DNA of 64,000 nucleotides from Deltaproteobacteria bacterium (GCA_020852715.1 JADZAE010000075.1:23960-87959), one strand, 5' to 3'; shown: positions 10,214 to 19,757, counted from the first letter of the stretch. Made by a program: numbers and translations. The notes: generated by a model not told the origin, from the letters alone.

Positions 10214-12106
10214 CTATTGCTGCATGTAATCCTGTTTGTGATCAAGCAAATGTCTCCAGGCTTCCACCGTTTTATGCGCTACGTTATCCCAGGTAAAAAA
10301 TTTCGAGCGTTCATAACCGCGTTCAACCAAATCAGCCCTTAGCGTCTCATTAAACATCAGCGCAGTCATCGCTTCCACTAAATCCTCATATCTTCCCGGT
10401 TCAACATAAATGACACAATCGCCACCTACTTCCGGAATGGATCCGCGCGGGGAAGTTATAACTGCGCAGCGTTTGGCCATTGCTTCTAAGACCGGGAAAC
10501 CAAACCCTTCATATTCTGAGGGGAAAAGCAGTCCAGCTGCTCCTGCGTATAAGCACTCCAGCTCCTCTCGGCTTACGAAATCCGTAAACACAACTTCCTT
10601 GACCTCTTCTTTTTTTAGAACGTCTTGAAAAGTTACTTTATAAGGATCGTCTTTGATGCTGCCCGCGACAGCTAACATCGGTGGAAGAATTTTATCAGAA
10701 TCAGCAAATGTTCGATATAATGCTCGAGCGGATCTTAAGACAAATTCAAAGTTCTTATGCGGATCACAGGCGCCGACAGTAAGAAAATACGGTGGTCGTA
10801 AATTAAATTTCTTTAAAACATCTGCTATCTCCTGGGGCGTATAAATTCGTGGTTTATCCGGCTGATTTAGGCCGGCCATAATTACCGCAATTTTATTCGG
10901 ATCAACTCCACCATACCTGATTACATCCTGTCTAGTGCAATCAGAGATTGCCAGAATCTGAGTATTTGAGCTTATCACTTGTTCTAATCTTGAACGATAT
11001 GCGACTTTATTATCTTCTGGCCACTGATCATAGTGGTAATGCGCAGAAACCAAGGGAATTAAATCATAAAAAATTGACGAGGTTGGTAAATGATCGATGC
11101 AACGAAACGGAGAATCAAAGTTTGTTAAGATGGCCATCGGATCCAAAACGAAATAGAGATCGGAATCGGGGCGTGTTTTAGCGCTAAAAAATCCAAATTC
11201 AAATGCCTCTTGGGGTAAATGTTTACGTATTTGCTGGATTGGTGCGCGGGGCTCTACATAAAGCTTGAAACGAAAATTGGGGTATAGTTTATTTATTGTC
11301 TTTAGCAAGTTTACCGCATAATGCCCGATACCGCGTGATATCGATCCCCCAAATGCAAATGTTCGTGCATCAACAGCAATATGCAAGTTCTTCATTACTG
11401 ACATCTGCCAGGCAATTGTTTCAGCATTTGGCCAAACAAAAGTACTTTGCCCGACATCCAAAGAATTGCCTACCGGGATTACTTTCTCCAAACCAGCATC
11501 AGAAAAGGTGAGCAGATGCTCCTTCAAAGTTCCGCCTTTATTTTTTATTTTCTTAATATGTTCAATGAGCGATTTGATTAAGTTTTCTTCTTCCGAGAAG
11601 ATAATCTCTAATGTTTTCGTGGCCAAACCGTTCACCGCTATATAAGTCAAATCTTCCGAGCGGATTGACAGTTGCTGCCACTGTGCTTCATGATAAGGTG
11701 AAATAACTAGCGGGCAGCTGTGTCCATCAACTACTTTTAATATTTGTTCATCCCAAGCTTTAGAAAATGTCGCGCCAGGCTGAAGGAATACTACTAAATC
11801 ATCATTTTGTATCCAATTTAATTGGCCCAAAATATGATTATATATGGCACAAATGCTTTGCGTGGATTCGCTACGCATAAAGCCTTCCGTAAATTCCTCT
11901 AGTTGCTGGAGCCATTCTGTTGTGCCATCGCTGGAGCCATTATCAATCAAGATTAAATTATATGGACAGTAGGCACTGTGATAGAAAGATTCTAAAGTAT
12001 CGGCTAATTTCATCAGACAGTTTGTCGCCACCAAGACAATGGTTAGACGGCGACGCTTTTGCAGCATTTCTTTAACCGCCTGTAGTGAGAATGGTATCTT
12101 ATTCAT
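10214..12106 (-). CDS. Bifunctional glycosyltransferase (N-terminal GT2 domain + C-terminal GT1/GT4 domain)
   Basis: LTIVLVATNC...ILIDNGSSDGT is GT2. The C-terminal FPSEYEGFGFPVLEAMAKRCAVITS is the GT4 E-X7-E motif. Confidence 0.75.
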   Translation of the reverse strand: MNKIPFSLQAVKEMLQKRRRLTIVLVATNCLMKLADTLESFYHSAYCPYNLILIDNGSSDGTTEWLQQLEEFTEGFMRSESTQSICAIYNHILGQLNWIQNDDLVVFLQPGATFSKAWDEQILKVVDGHSCPLVISPYHEAQWQQLSIRSEDLTYIAVNGLATKTLEIIFSEEENLIKSLIEHIKKIKNKGGTLKEHLLTFSDAGLEKVIPVGNSLDVGQSTFVWPNAETIAWQMSVMKNLHIAVDARTFAFGGSISRGIGHYAVNLLKTINKLYPNFRFKLYVEPRAPIQQIRKHLPQEAFEFGFFSAKTRPDSDLYFVLDPMAILTNFDSPFRCIDHLPTSSIFYDLIPLVSAHYHYDQWPEDNKVAYRSRLEQVISSNTQILAISDCTRQDVIRYGGVDPNKIAVIMAGLNQPDKPRIYTPQEIADVLKKFNLRPPYFLTVGACDPHKNFEFVLRSARALYRTFADSDKILPPMLAVAGSIKDDPYKVTFQDVLKKEEVKEVVFTDFVSREELECLYAGAAGLLFPSEYEGFGFPVLEAMAKRCAVITSPRGSIPEVGGDCVIYVEPGRYEDLVEAMTALMFNETLRADLVERGYERSKFFTWDNVAHKTVEAWRHLLDHKQDYMQQ

Positions 12107-12233
12107 TGTGTTGCTGGCTCAACCATTTTAACTAAGCTCCACACCGGAGTAGCTGATAATTTAGACAATTACTTATAAGTATTTGATGCGATTTAGATCA
12201 GTAAAGTTGCAAAGTAGATACCATTACTAAAAA

Positions 12234-12464
12234 CTAAATTAACTTTTGAGCTGAAAAGCATAAATGCTTTCTATCTTTGTCCTAAGGTAATGGTATATTT
12301 TTGTTCGGCTCTTACTTCAGCCATCCATGGCTTCATTAAGAGCATTTTCGGAGGCGAATCGGGGTTTCGCCCCCGAGGAAACCATCCTTGGTTTCCTCCA
12401 TACCGCACTCAAAAATAGTATTACCTAGTAAAGCATCGTTTAATTTAGTTTTTGTGTGCGGTAT
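12234..12464 (+). repeat. Rep-A composite element, copy 1: palindromic operator, extended -10-like box, then structured leader ending in a 16-bp inverted-repeat hairpin
   Basis: The sequence is AAATTAACTTTTGAGCTGAAAAGCATAAATGCTTTCTATC..TGGTATATT..GCCATCCATGGCTTC...ATACCGCACTCAAAAA...TTTTTGTGTGCGGTAT. It ends 109 bp before the ATG at 12573. Confidence 0.8.
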
Positions 12465-12572
12465 ATAACGACTATTGCCATAATATCACTAGCAAATATC
12501 CGATTTGCTAAATTTGAATCAACTCACCTTAGAAATTAATCTTATTAAACAGACAATTATCCAGGGGAAGCA

Positions 12573-15029
12573 ATGAGCAATTTAATGTCATTTATTATTT
12601 GTACTGACTCCTACTATCAGGAAGCCGAGTTAGTCAGTGTACTGATTTCCAGTCAGCAGCAAAGCATAGCCGATTTAGAGGTTATCTGTTTGTGCGACAA
12701 TGATCGTTTGGCCGAGCTTAAAAACATTGCCGCCGACTTCACTGTTCCCGTCAATATTATTTTGACCGATGGAAAAAATGCGAACCAAGGCAAAAATTTG
12801 GCCCTGAAACAAGCTCAGGGAGAATATATTGTTATCCTTGAGCGAGGTTATTTCCCTCAACCTGACTGCTGTAAAAGAATCATAGAAATCTTTCGCAATA
12901 ACCCAACAATTGGAATGATCTACTCATCCACAGATATTATCGGTTCTGACCCTAGTGATCCAAATAGAACGTTTACCTGTCTGCGAGAAACTCCCGGGCC
13001 GCTAATCAAAGCTAACATCCTTTACCGGCCTTTTTTTCCTGCACATACAGCTTTCAAAAAATCGTTATTGCGTCCAGAGATAACCTTTTCCGACCGCATG
13101 AATGACGCCAATAGAATTTTCTTCAACTCCTTATTTATTGAAGCAAGAGAACAAGCTTTTTATCATTCACGGCCTTTGTTTAAAAAATATGTAACGCAGC
13201 TTGATCTGATTAACGATGTCCAGTCCAGCAATCATTTATCTTTGGTCGATTCTGTTAGAAATTGTCCCGGACTGTATTCCCCGGAATTGTATCAGGGATA
13301 TGAAACTTTCCAGCAATTATTTAAGGATAGTATGAGCAAACCGCTGCTCATTTATATTCCTCAGCCGAAAATTGGTGCTGATAATCTTATTGGTGAGGCT
13401 TCATGGCGCTACATTCAATGCATTTATGACATTTGGGATTTCATAATTCTCCAAGTTCCGATCAGTGACCCAGAACAAATGATTGATGGTTTGGTTAATG
13501 GCATGTTTTATTCTCGCTTTTACACTCAGAATATCGATGATACACTCAATCGTATTTGTTCCTTCGGAAAAAAAATTGTCCTAATAGCCGAAGAAAATCC
13601 TGCCCTTTTGATGGCTTCTAAAACCCGCCATCAAGTTATTGTAAGAATACTCTGCACGGCCAATCCTTTTACCTATGAGGATTTTGATCAAATAGATTTG
13701 GTGATCAAGGCCAGCGAATATACCCCGGTTCAGCTAAACAACACAGCATGCTTAGATACATCAATTCGCGAACTAACTGGCGATCCGGCGGTTCAAAGTG
13801 CCCTTGCGCAGCTATTTTATGAAAAAGAAAGTGAGCGCGATACAAATTTAAAAGCATTGGCTCTAAAACTAAAGACAGCTAAACAATATTTGCGTAATTA
13901 TAAAGCCCCTAACCAGGACGAACTTTCATTATCGGTCATTATTGGTTGTCGCAATGTCCAACTGGAATGCCTAGAACGCTGCGTAGCCTCGTTACGTCAG
14001 CAAGATCACGTCTCGGCTATTGACATCATTTTATCTGACTATGGATCAGATAATCTTCACAGGGAGGAGTTAAAAGCTTTAGCCGATCGCTACCAGGCAA
14101 AGCATGTCTATACACCTTCGACGAACTGTTGGTCTCGTTCGATTGCGCTTAATATTGGTATCCAATCAGCAACTAAAAAATGGGTGTTAACAACCGACGC
14201 CGATATGCTTTTTAGTCGCGGTTTTATCTCGATGCTCTCGGCCTATCTTAAAGCTTTCGGCGAAAAGTGCGTATTCTATGCACAACCTTTAAAGCTACTA
14301 CCGGTGCGATTGCCCAAGGATTGGAACAACAGCCTTTATGATCAATATGCACAACGAAGTTGGCTCTTTGACAAAATCGGCAAAGGTGGCTGTCAGGTAG
14401 CGACACGAGAACTATTAATGAAGGTACGCGGCTTTAACGAGATTTATTCCGTTTGGGGTCAAGAAGATCACGATATGTATGAGCGCCTAGGCTGGGCCGG
14501 GCTAGAACGAGTATGGATTGAACCCTGCTGGTATCTGCATCAATGGCATCTGTCGAATATTAACTACGCCGCAGCTAACAACGCCAATACCGAAGCTTAC
14601 TTAGAGTTAAAAAAGATTCCCAAAGTAATAGTCAACCGTCCGTTTTGGGGAAAAAGTTCACCAGCAGCTTTCATGAAAGCGCAAAATTCACATACTTCGT
14701 TTGCTTCTACCGGGCTTAATAAAAATGACTTGGAAAGAGACATTCTCGAAAATGATTTTGATCCTGTAATGCAGAAACAAATTCTTACCGGTATTGTTCG
14801 GACACTCATTGAACTTGAGCAGTACGGTTCAGCATTACAAACGCTGGAAGATATCTGTCAGCTTGATAGCCGAGATTATGAGGCGTTTACTCTCAGGGCC
14901 CAAATTACTTCCATGTTAGGCGATCACTGTTTTGCCCGAATTCTTATCGATCAGGCTTTGGAAGCTAATTCTTATCACCAGCAGGCTCTTGATCTGAGTA
15001 ATATGTTAATCCAGCGCTACGGATTATAG
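12573..15029 (+). CDS. Tandem GT2 glycosyltransferase (two GT2 domains) with a C-terminal TPR domain
   Basis: The two GT2 cores are VICLCDNDRL...EYIVILERG and LSVIIGCRN...ILSDYGSDN...TTDADMLF. The C-terminal region (ILTGIVRTLIELEQYGSALQTLEDICQLD...) is TPR-like. Confidence 0.75.
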   Translation: MSNLMSFIICTDSYYQEAELVSVLISSQQQSIADLEVICLCDNDRLAELKNIAADFTVPVNIILTDGKNANQGKNLALKQAQGEYIVILERGYFPQPDCCKRIIEIFRNNPTIGMIYSSTDIIGSDPSDPNRTFTCLRETPGPLIKANILYRPFFPAHTAFKKSLLRPEITFSDRMNDANRIFFNSLFIEAREQAFYHSRPLFKKYVTQLDLINDVQSSNHLSLVDSVRNCPGLYSPELYQGYETFQQLFKDSMSKPLLIYIPQPKIGADNLIGEASWRYIQCIYDIWDFIILQVPISDPEQMIDGLVNGMFYSRFYTQNIDDTLNRICSFGKKIVLIAEENPALLMASKTRHQVIVRILCTANPFTYEDFDQIDLVIKASEYTPVQLNNTACLDTSIRELTGDPAVQSALAQLFYEKESERDTNLKALALKLKTAKQYLRNYKAPNQDELSLSVIIGCRNVQLECLERCVASLRQQDHVSAIDIILSDYGSDNLHREELKALADRYQAKHVYTPSTNCWSRSIALNIGIQSATKKWVLTTDADMLFSRGFISMLSAYLKAFGEKCVFYAQPLKLLPVRLPKDWNNSLYDQYAQRSWLFDKIGKGGCQVATRELLMKVRGFNEIYSVWGQEDHDMYERLGWAGLERVWIEPCWYLHQWHLSNINYAAANNANTEAYLELKKIPKVIVNRPFWGKSSPAAFMKAQNSHTSFASTGLNKNDLERDILENDFDPVMQKQILTGIVRTLIELEQYGSALQTLEDICQLDSRDYEAFTLRAQITSMLGDHCFARILIDQALEANSYHQQALDLSNMLIQRYGL

Positions 15030-15071
15030 CTACTAGAGGGCTAGGGATTTTCTATACCACTCCCAAGAAAT

Positions 15072-15491
15072 AAATTAACTTTTAAGCTGAAAAGCATAAA
15101 TGCTTTCTATCTTCGTCCTATGGGAATGGTACATTTTTGTTTCGCTCTTAATCCTAAAAAAATCAGTCGAGGCGATAGGAAGCCTCAAAAAAATAAAAAA
15201 TCGCGCCCACTTACCTTAGAATTTGAAAATTACCAGCGGGTGGCGCGATTTTTTATTTTTTTGAGGGCTACCTAAAGAGATTCACTGAGTTTTTGGGATT
15301 GATAAAACGGCTACTGCCGTTTTTAGGTTAATTTAGCCATCCATGGCTTCATTAAGAGCAGATGCGGGAGCGAATCAGGGTTTCGCTCCCGAAGAAAGCA
15401 TCCTTGCTTTCCTTTATACCGTACACAAAAATAGTATTACCTGGTAAAGCACCGTTCAAGGTCTTTGTTTCAACTTTTTTGTGTACGGTAT
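15072..15491 (+). repeat. Rep-A composite element, copy 2, carrying a ~185-bp insertion (15150-15333) that holds a terminator cassette
   Basis: Identical blocks are AAATTAACTTTTAAGCTGAAAAGCATAAATGCTTTCTATC and GCCATCCATGGCTTCATTAAGAGCA...ATACCGTACACAAAAA...TTTTTTGTGTACGGTAT. The element ends 146 bp before the ATG at 15637. Confidence 0.8.
15236..15330. terminator. Repeated terminator cassette (hairpins AAAAAATCGCGCCCAC/GTGGCGCGATTTTTT and AAAACGGCTACTGCCGTTTTT), also present at the window end
   Basis: These are GC stem-loops flanked by A/T runs on both sides. The reverse complement matches 63928-64000. Confidence 0.6.
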
Positions 15492-15636
15492 AAATATTAC
15501 GCCTTTGATTGGGCTCGCGTCTCATTATTGTTCAATAGTAAATTCTTGCGGCAATATAAACAGAATGCTAGTAATTCCTATCGGCCCTTAGTTAAATAGA
15601 TAGCCTACTAATATGACATTTTTACCTGGTTGTTAA

Positions 15637-17214
15637 ATGAGCTCGTTAATCGCATTGGAGATAGAAAAGGGAAACATCGCTTTTGTTAAAGCCTATTCCT
15701 CCAATGACGGCCAATTTCTCGTATCTGAAATAGGTTCGCTTCCTCTTCCGCCGGAAGATCTTCCCGAGGAAAATTTAACAGCAAATGGGGAAACGGTGGA
15801 GACCTCTACGGAAAGCATCATTCCCGAATCTACCATTGATGACGAATCTAGCGAAGAAGATAGCCTACCTTTTGATTTAACCATCGCCCCGGCTCTTGTT
15901 GCTGATGGTTTTTTGGGCGTAATCAATCACGAATTTGTATCTACGCATAATATTAGCTTACCCTTCGGAGACAGAAAAAAAATAGAGCAGGTGGCACCAC
16001 TACAAATTCAGGATGTCGTGCCCTTTGATATCGATGACTACATTCTCGATACGATAATTTCCAGCGGACAGGATAATGTTTACGACATCTGTGCTGCCTT
16101 AGCTCCAAGTTTTCAAATTCGGAGCATGCTTCAATCGTTACGGCATTTGCAAATCAATCCTAAAATTATCTCGACCAAAGCATCGGCCGTCTCCGCTTGG
16201 TCAACCTTTTTTCCGGAAGTAATCAGCAGCAACGGGCATTTGCTATCCTTTACCGAGAAAAGCTTCTTTGACTGCCTTTATGTTAACGGCCAACTACAGT
16301 TAATGCGCGAGGTTGATTTCCCCAAAAAAACGCTTGATTTAAAATTTGTGGCCACACAACTTTTGATGACTAATGCTAAATATGCTCGCGATAACAAGGT
16401 AACAATCTCCGATGCTTATTTATTGGGGCACAAAGATCTTGCCTATCAACTTAGCACTATGACAAAAGGCCGGGTCATCTCCTTGGATTTATCCGAATAT
16501 TATAAGGTTTCCTCGGATCTTAATGTTAATGGAGATAATTATGCTTGGGCACTGGGGTTGATGCTTCATGAAAACATCAGGGGGAAAAAAACAGCGCTCA
16601 TTAATTTTCGCCGTGGCCCTTTTGCTTACAAGCAATTCTTTACTGACATCATTAACGCCGCAAAAGAACAAATAGATTATTATTTTTATGCTGTGGCCGC
16701 TGTTGCTATTTGGATTTTCATTTCCATTTACACCACATCATTAGCGTTAGCCAAAATCAACGAGACAATCGATGAGCGAATGAAGCAGGTGTTACCTAAT
16801 GAATTTATTGATGAGGGCAAAGAAATTACTTTACTTTCGCGCAAACTAGAGACGATAAACGATGAGCTCAAGGATTTAGGGCCACCAACAACAATTACCA
16901 CGTTAGAATCAATTTTATTACTTTCATCAATTATCACCAAAGAAGTCGATACAAAAATTGAGACCCTAAGCATCGGTCCAGCCGGAATTCTTTTTCAGGG
17001 TTCGGTATCGGACTTAGCCAAGATTGGCAAATTACAATCGATACTGGAAAACAATCGAAGCCGGTTTTGTGAGGTAAAAGAGGACTCTTGCAAAATTAGT
17101 GTCGAACCAAAGGGACAACTTCCCGGTTCAAATAGAACAAAATTTTCCGCAGAAATCGTCACGATGGACTTAAAAGATAAGGGATTAGAACGGAATAACA
17201 ATGAATTGGAGTAA
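15637..17214 (+). CDS. GspL / PilM-PilN-like inner-membrane platform protein (actin-like cytoplasmic domain, one TM helix, periplasmic coiled-coil domain), divergent
   Basis: The N-terminus MSSLIALEIEKGNIAFVKA...EIGSLPLPP resembles PilM (LLGIDISSTSVKLL...VEPLPP). A TM helix lies near residue 345 (YFYAVAAVAIWIFISIY). An acidic low-complexity insert follows the N-terminus. Confidence 0.45.
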   Translation: MSSLIALEIEKGNIAFVKAYSSNDGQFLVSEIGSLPLPPEDLPEENLTANGETVETSTESIIPESTIDDESSEEDSLPFDLTIAPALVADGFLGVINHEFVSTHNISLPFGDRKKIEQVAPLQIQDVVPFDIDDYILDTIISSGQDNVYDICAALAPSFQIRSMLQSLRHLQINPKIISTKASAVSAWSTFFPEVISSNGHLLSFTEKSFFDCLYVNGQLQLMREVDFPKKTLDLKFVATQLLMTNAKYARDNKVTISDAYLLGHKDLAYQLSTMTKGRVISLDLSEYYKVSSDLNVNGDNYAWALGLMLHENIRGKKTALINFRRGPFAYKQFFTDIINAAKEQIDYYFYAVAAVAIWIFISIYTTSLALAKINETIDERMKQVLPNEFIDEGKEITLLSRKLETINDELKDLGPPTTITTLESILLLSSIITKEVDTKIETLSIGPAGILFQGSVSDLAKIGKLQSILENNRSRFCEVKEDSCKISVEPKGQLPGSNRTKFSAEIVTMDLKDKGLERNNNELE

Positions 17215-17740
17215 GATACTAAACTCTTTTACGAACCTGAATAAAAGGGAACGCCTATTTGTGGTCATCGCTTCCGCCGGCGTCGTATTTTTTGTCCTCT
17301 TCACCCTGAGTGATTATTTATATTCGCTTGGTGACCAAAAGGTCGAGATTGCAAAAAGGCGCGATGAGTTAAAGCAAATAAGCCGCTTATTGCAGGTTTA
17401 TCAGGCACGACAGACTCGTCATAAAATGGTTTTAGATATGCTTGCTCAATCGCAAATAAGTGCCGAACAAGCCTACAGTAACCTTGATAACATTGTAAAA
17501 AAAATCGGGTCTGAGAAATATGATCTTAAGCCTAAAGGTGAAGCTAAAAGACGTGGCGCTGATTATGAAGCCAAAGATTATACTTTAAAAATATCTTCAT
17601 TAAAAAGAGAACAGCTAGTAAATCTTCTTTTTGAAATCGAACAAAGCAAGGGCCTATTTCTAAAAAAGGTCGATATTCTTAGCCGGGCCGGGGGTAATTT
17701 TGAGGCCACCTTGGAGATTTACAGTATTACAAAATCTTAG
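17201..17740 (+). CDS. GspM/PilO-like protein (N-terminal TM + periplasmic domain)
   Basis: 179 aa with a single TM helix (LFVVIASAGVVFFVLF). It overlaps the upstream gene by 14 nt, consistent with an operon. Confidence 0.4.
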   Translation: MNWSKILNSFTNLNKRERLFVVIASAGVVFFVLFTLSDYLYSLGDQKVEIAKRRDELKQISRLLQVYQARQTRHKMVLDMLAQSQISAEQAYSNLDNIVKKIGSEKYDLKPKGEAKRRGADYEAKDYTLKISSLKREQLVNLLFEIEQSKGLFLKKVDILSRAGGNFEATLEIYSITKS

Positions 17741-17751
17741 GTTACGTTCTA

Positions 17752-18639
17752 ATGCTCAAGCAGCGAAAACTATATTTTCTGATAGCTGTTTTGTTCGGCT
17801 TGTTTTTATTTTCGGCTTTGATCGTTCGTCAAAGCGGACTTTCTTTATATCAATCGCTAAAGGATTCAGCTAGCGCACAGGATACGCAGTTTTCTGGATC
17901 TACCCCTACTTTCTCCCTGCCGTTAGTCTTTAAAATTGAGAACCTAATTGTTTCATTACCAACTAAACCAATACGTCTACCAATTGAGCTTAAGAATAAT
18001 AAACTTCGGCTATCTTTACTGAACCTGCTTTTAGCGCGAGTGCGCGCTAGTTCCAATTCCGATTTTTATGAAGGAAAGGTAATTGGAGAAATAACCGGCC
18101 CGTCGTTTTCAGCTCCCGACAATTTCATGCTTAAGGGATCTAATATTTTGCTTGAACAATATCCGCTTTTACAAATGCTTAGATTAAGTGGCAAACTGGG
18201 CTTTGAACTTGAGGTTAATCAAGTGTTGGTTAAGAAGATAAAACAAAATAATTTTCGGCTAGAGGCCGAAATTAACGAGGGGTCTTATCAAGGGAATTAT
18301 AAGATTCAAGGACTTTTTCCTATTCCTAGCATAAAAACTTATAACCTCAAGTTATCAGCTAGTGGAAAAGGTCGCTTTAGCACGCTAAAACTCTTAGACT
18401 TCAGATCGGATTTAGGCGACGTTAAGGTCAAGGGGACAGCGAATTTTAGTGAAGATTATCACAAGCTAAATGGCAGCATCTCTGGTAAAATCACCCTGAC
18501 TCCGAAGGGCCAAAAAGAATTAGGAGACTATTTGAGAATGGCAGCAAAAAGCTCCCCCTCTGAATCCGGGGATGGATATGATTTCAACATTATGTTTGAT
18601 GAAAAAAAGATCACCGATTTTACTGTAACTCCGGAATAG
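17752..18639 (+). CDS. GspN-like (or GspC-like) membrane-anchored periplasmic protein
   Basis: 295 aa with an N-terminal TM helix. Its position after the L and M homologues follows the canonical gspL-gspM-gspN order. No PDZ domain was recognised. Confidence 0.3.
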   Translation: MLKQRKLYFLIAVLFGLFLFSALIVRQSGLSLYQSLKDSASAQDTQFSGSTPTFSLPLVFKIENLIVSLPTKPIRLPIELKNNKLRLSLLNLLLARVRASSNSDFYEGKVIGEITGPSFSAPDNFMLKGSNILLEQYPLLQMLRLSGKLGFELEVNQVLVKKIKQNNFRLEAEINEGSYQGNYKIQGLFPIPSIKTYNLKLSASGKGRFSTLKLLDFRSDLGDVKVKGTANFSEDYHKLNGSISGKITLTPKGQKELGDYLRMAAKSSPSESGDGYDFNIMFDEKKITDFTVTPE

Positions 18640-18684
18640 TTTAGCAATACTTATAACTTTAGATAGAAAAGATTAGGCAGTAAT

Positions 18685-19368
18685 ATGGAAATAAATTTAT
18701 CATTGTTTCTGGTTATCGTAGTTGTCGTTTTAATTGTGGGCTGCTTGGCTATTATTAAACTACCAAAGTTCCTTTCCCATATCATCGCTCGACATATTAC
18801 CAAAGACGCTGGTGACCTGGGAGCAGCAATAGTAGAATTAGATGACATAATTAACGATCTGCGTTCTCGCTTAGCTAAGATGGTGCCCAATCAACAATAC
18901 GAGGAAATTAAAGCGAAAATTCCACAAATGGAAACCCAGCTTAAAACATTGCAAAACACTCTTGCCCAAGTGGAAAGAGAGCTGGCTACACAAAAAGGAA
19001 TAATTAATAATAAGGAATCTCTACATAACGAAATCAAAAAGGGACGAGCAGAAAGTATAAAATTAGCCGACGAGTTGATTGCTAACAAAGAGATTTTATT
19101 AAATGAAATGAGTCTTCTCCAGGATCAGTTAGCCGATTCCAAGGCTCAGTTAGACTCCTTAAATGAAGAAGTGGAGCTTACTGATGCACAAAAATCTGCT
19201 TTGGCTGATATCAAAACATCTTTAGATTCGACAGTAGGACAGTTAAACGAACTAGCCGTGGCTTACGGCCAAATCTCGAAGAGCTTCGTTACCCTAGAAG
19301 GACAATACAAAGAATTAGAGAAAGAATATCGTAGGTTAATTGAAGTCGAACTGAGCCGCCACCAGTAG
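18685..19368 (+). CDS. Membrane-anchored coiled-coil protein of unknown function
   Basis: An N-terminal TM helix (LSLFLVIVVVVLIVGCLAII) is followed by about 170 aa of heptad-rich sequence. Confidence 0.4.
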   Translation: MEINLSLFLVIVVVVLIVGCLAIIKLPKFLSHIIARHITKDAGDLGAAIVELDDIINDLRSRLAKMVPNQQYEEIKAKIPQMETQLKTLQNTLAQVERELATQKGIINNKESLHNEIKKGRAESIKLADELIANKEILLNEMSLLQDQLADSKAQLDSLNEEVELTDAQKSALADIKTSLDSTVGQLNELAVAYGQISKSFVTLEGQYKELEKEYRRLIEVELSRHQ

Positions 19369-19475
19369 AGCCTACCCGGACCAGTCAGAATCTTGCCTTT
19401 TTCTAATGAATCTGGTATTAAATGCCCCGCGCTTGGATGTCCAAGCAGAAATAAAAACCTATATAAATAAAAGCT

Positions 19476-19757
19476 ATGCAGAAGGTTAAAAGAAATCTGA
19501 TTTCCAAATCTGAGTACGCTGTACTTAACAACCTGAATCAAAAATATCATTACAACAAGCTAAACCCTGTATCCGATATAAGTCAGATCTCCATTGAAAC
19601 TGGAATTCGTAATAATGACGAAGTATTACGTGCCCTTTATACACTTGAAGGGAAAAGCCTTGTTTCCCCCGAACCGAAAGGGTCGTTTACGAGCAATATC
19701 TGGAAAATTACAGATATTGGACTTAAGGCTGTAGAGCTAGTCGAGCAGCAAAAGTAA
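19476..19757 (+). CDS. Small winged-helix-like putative DNA-binding protein
   Basis: 93 aa. ISIETGIRNNDEVLRALYTLEGKSLVS...WKITDIGLKAVE looks like a wHTH. Weak. Confidence 0.3.
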   Translation: MQKVKRNLISKSEYAVLNNLNQKYHYNKLNPVSDISQISIETGIRNNDEVLRALYTLEGKSLVSPEPKGSFTSNIWKITDIGLKAVELVEQQK

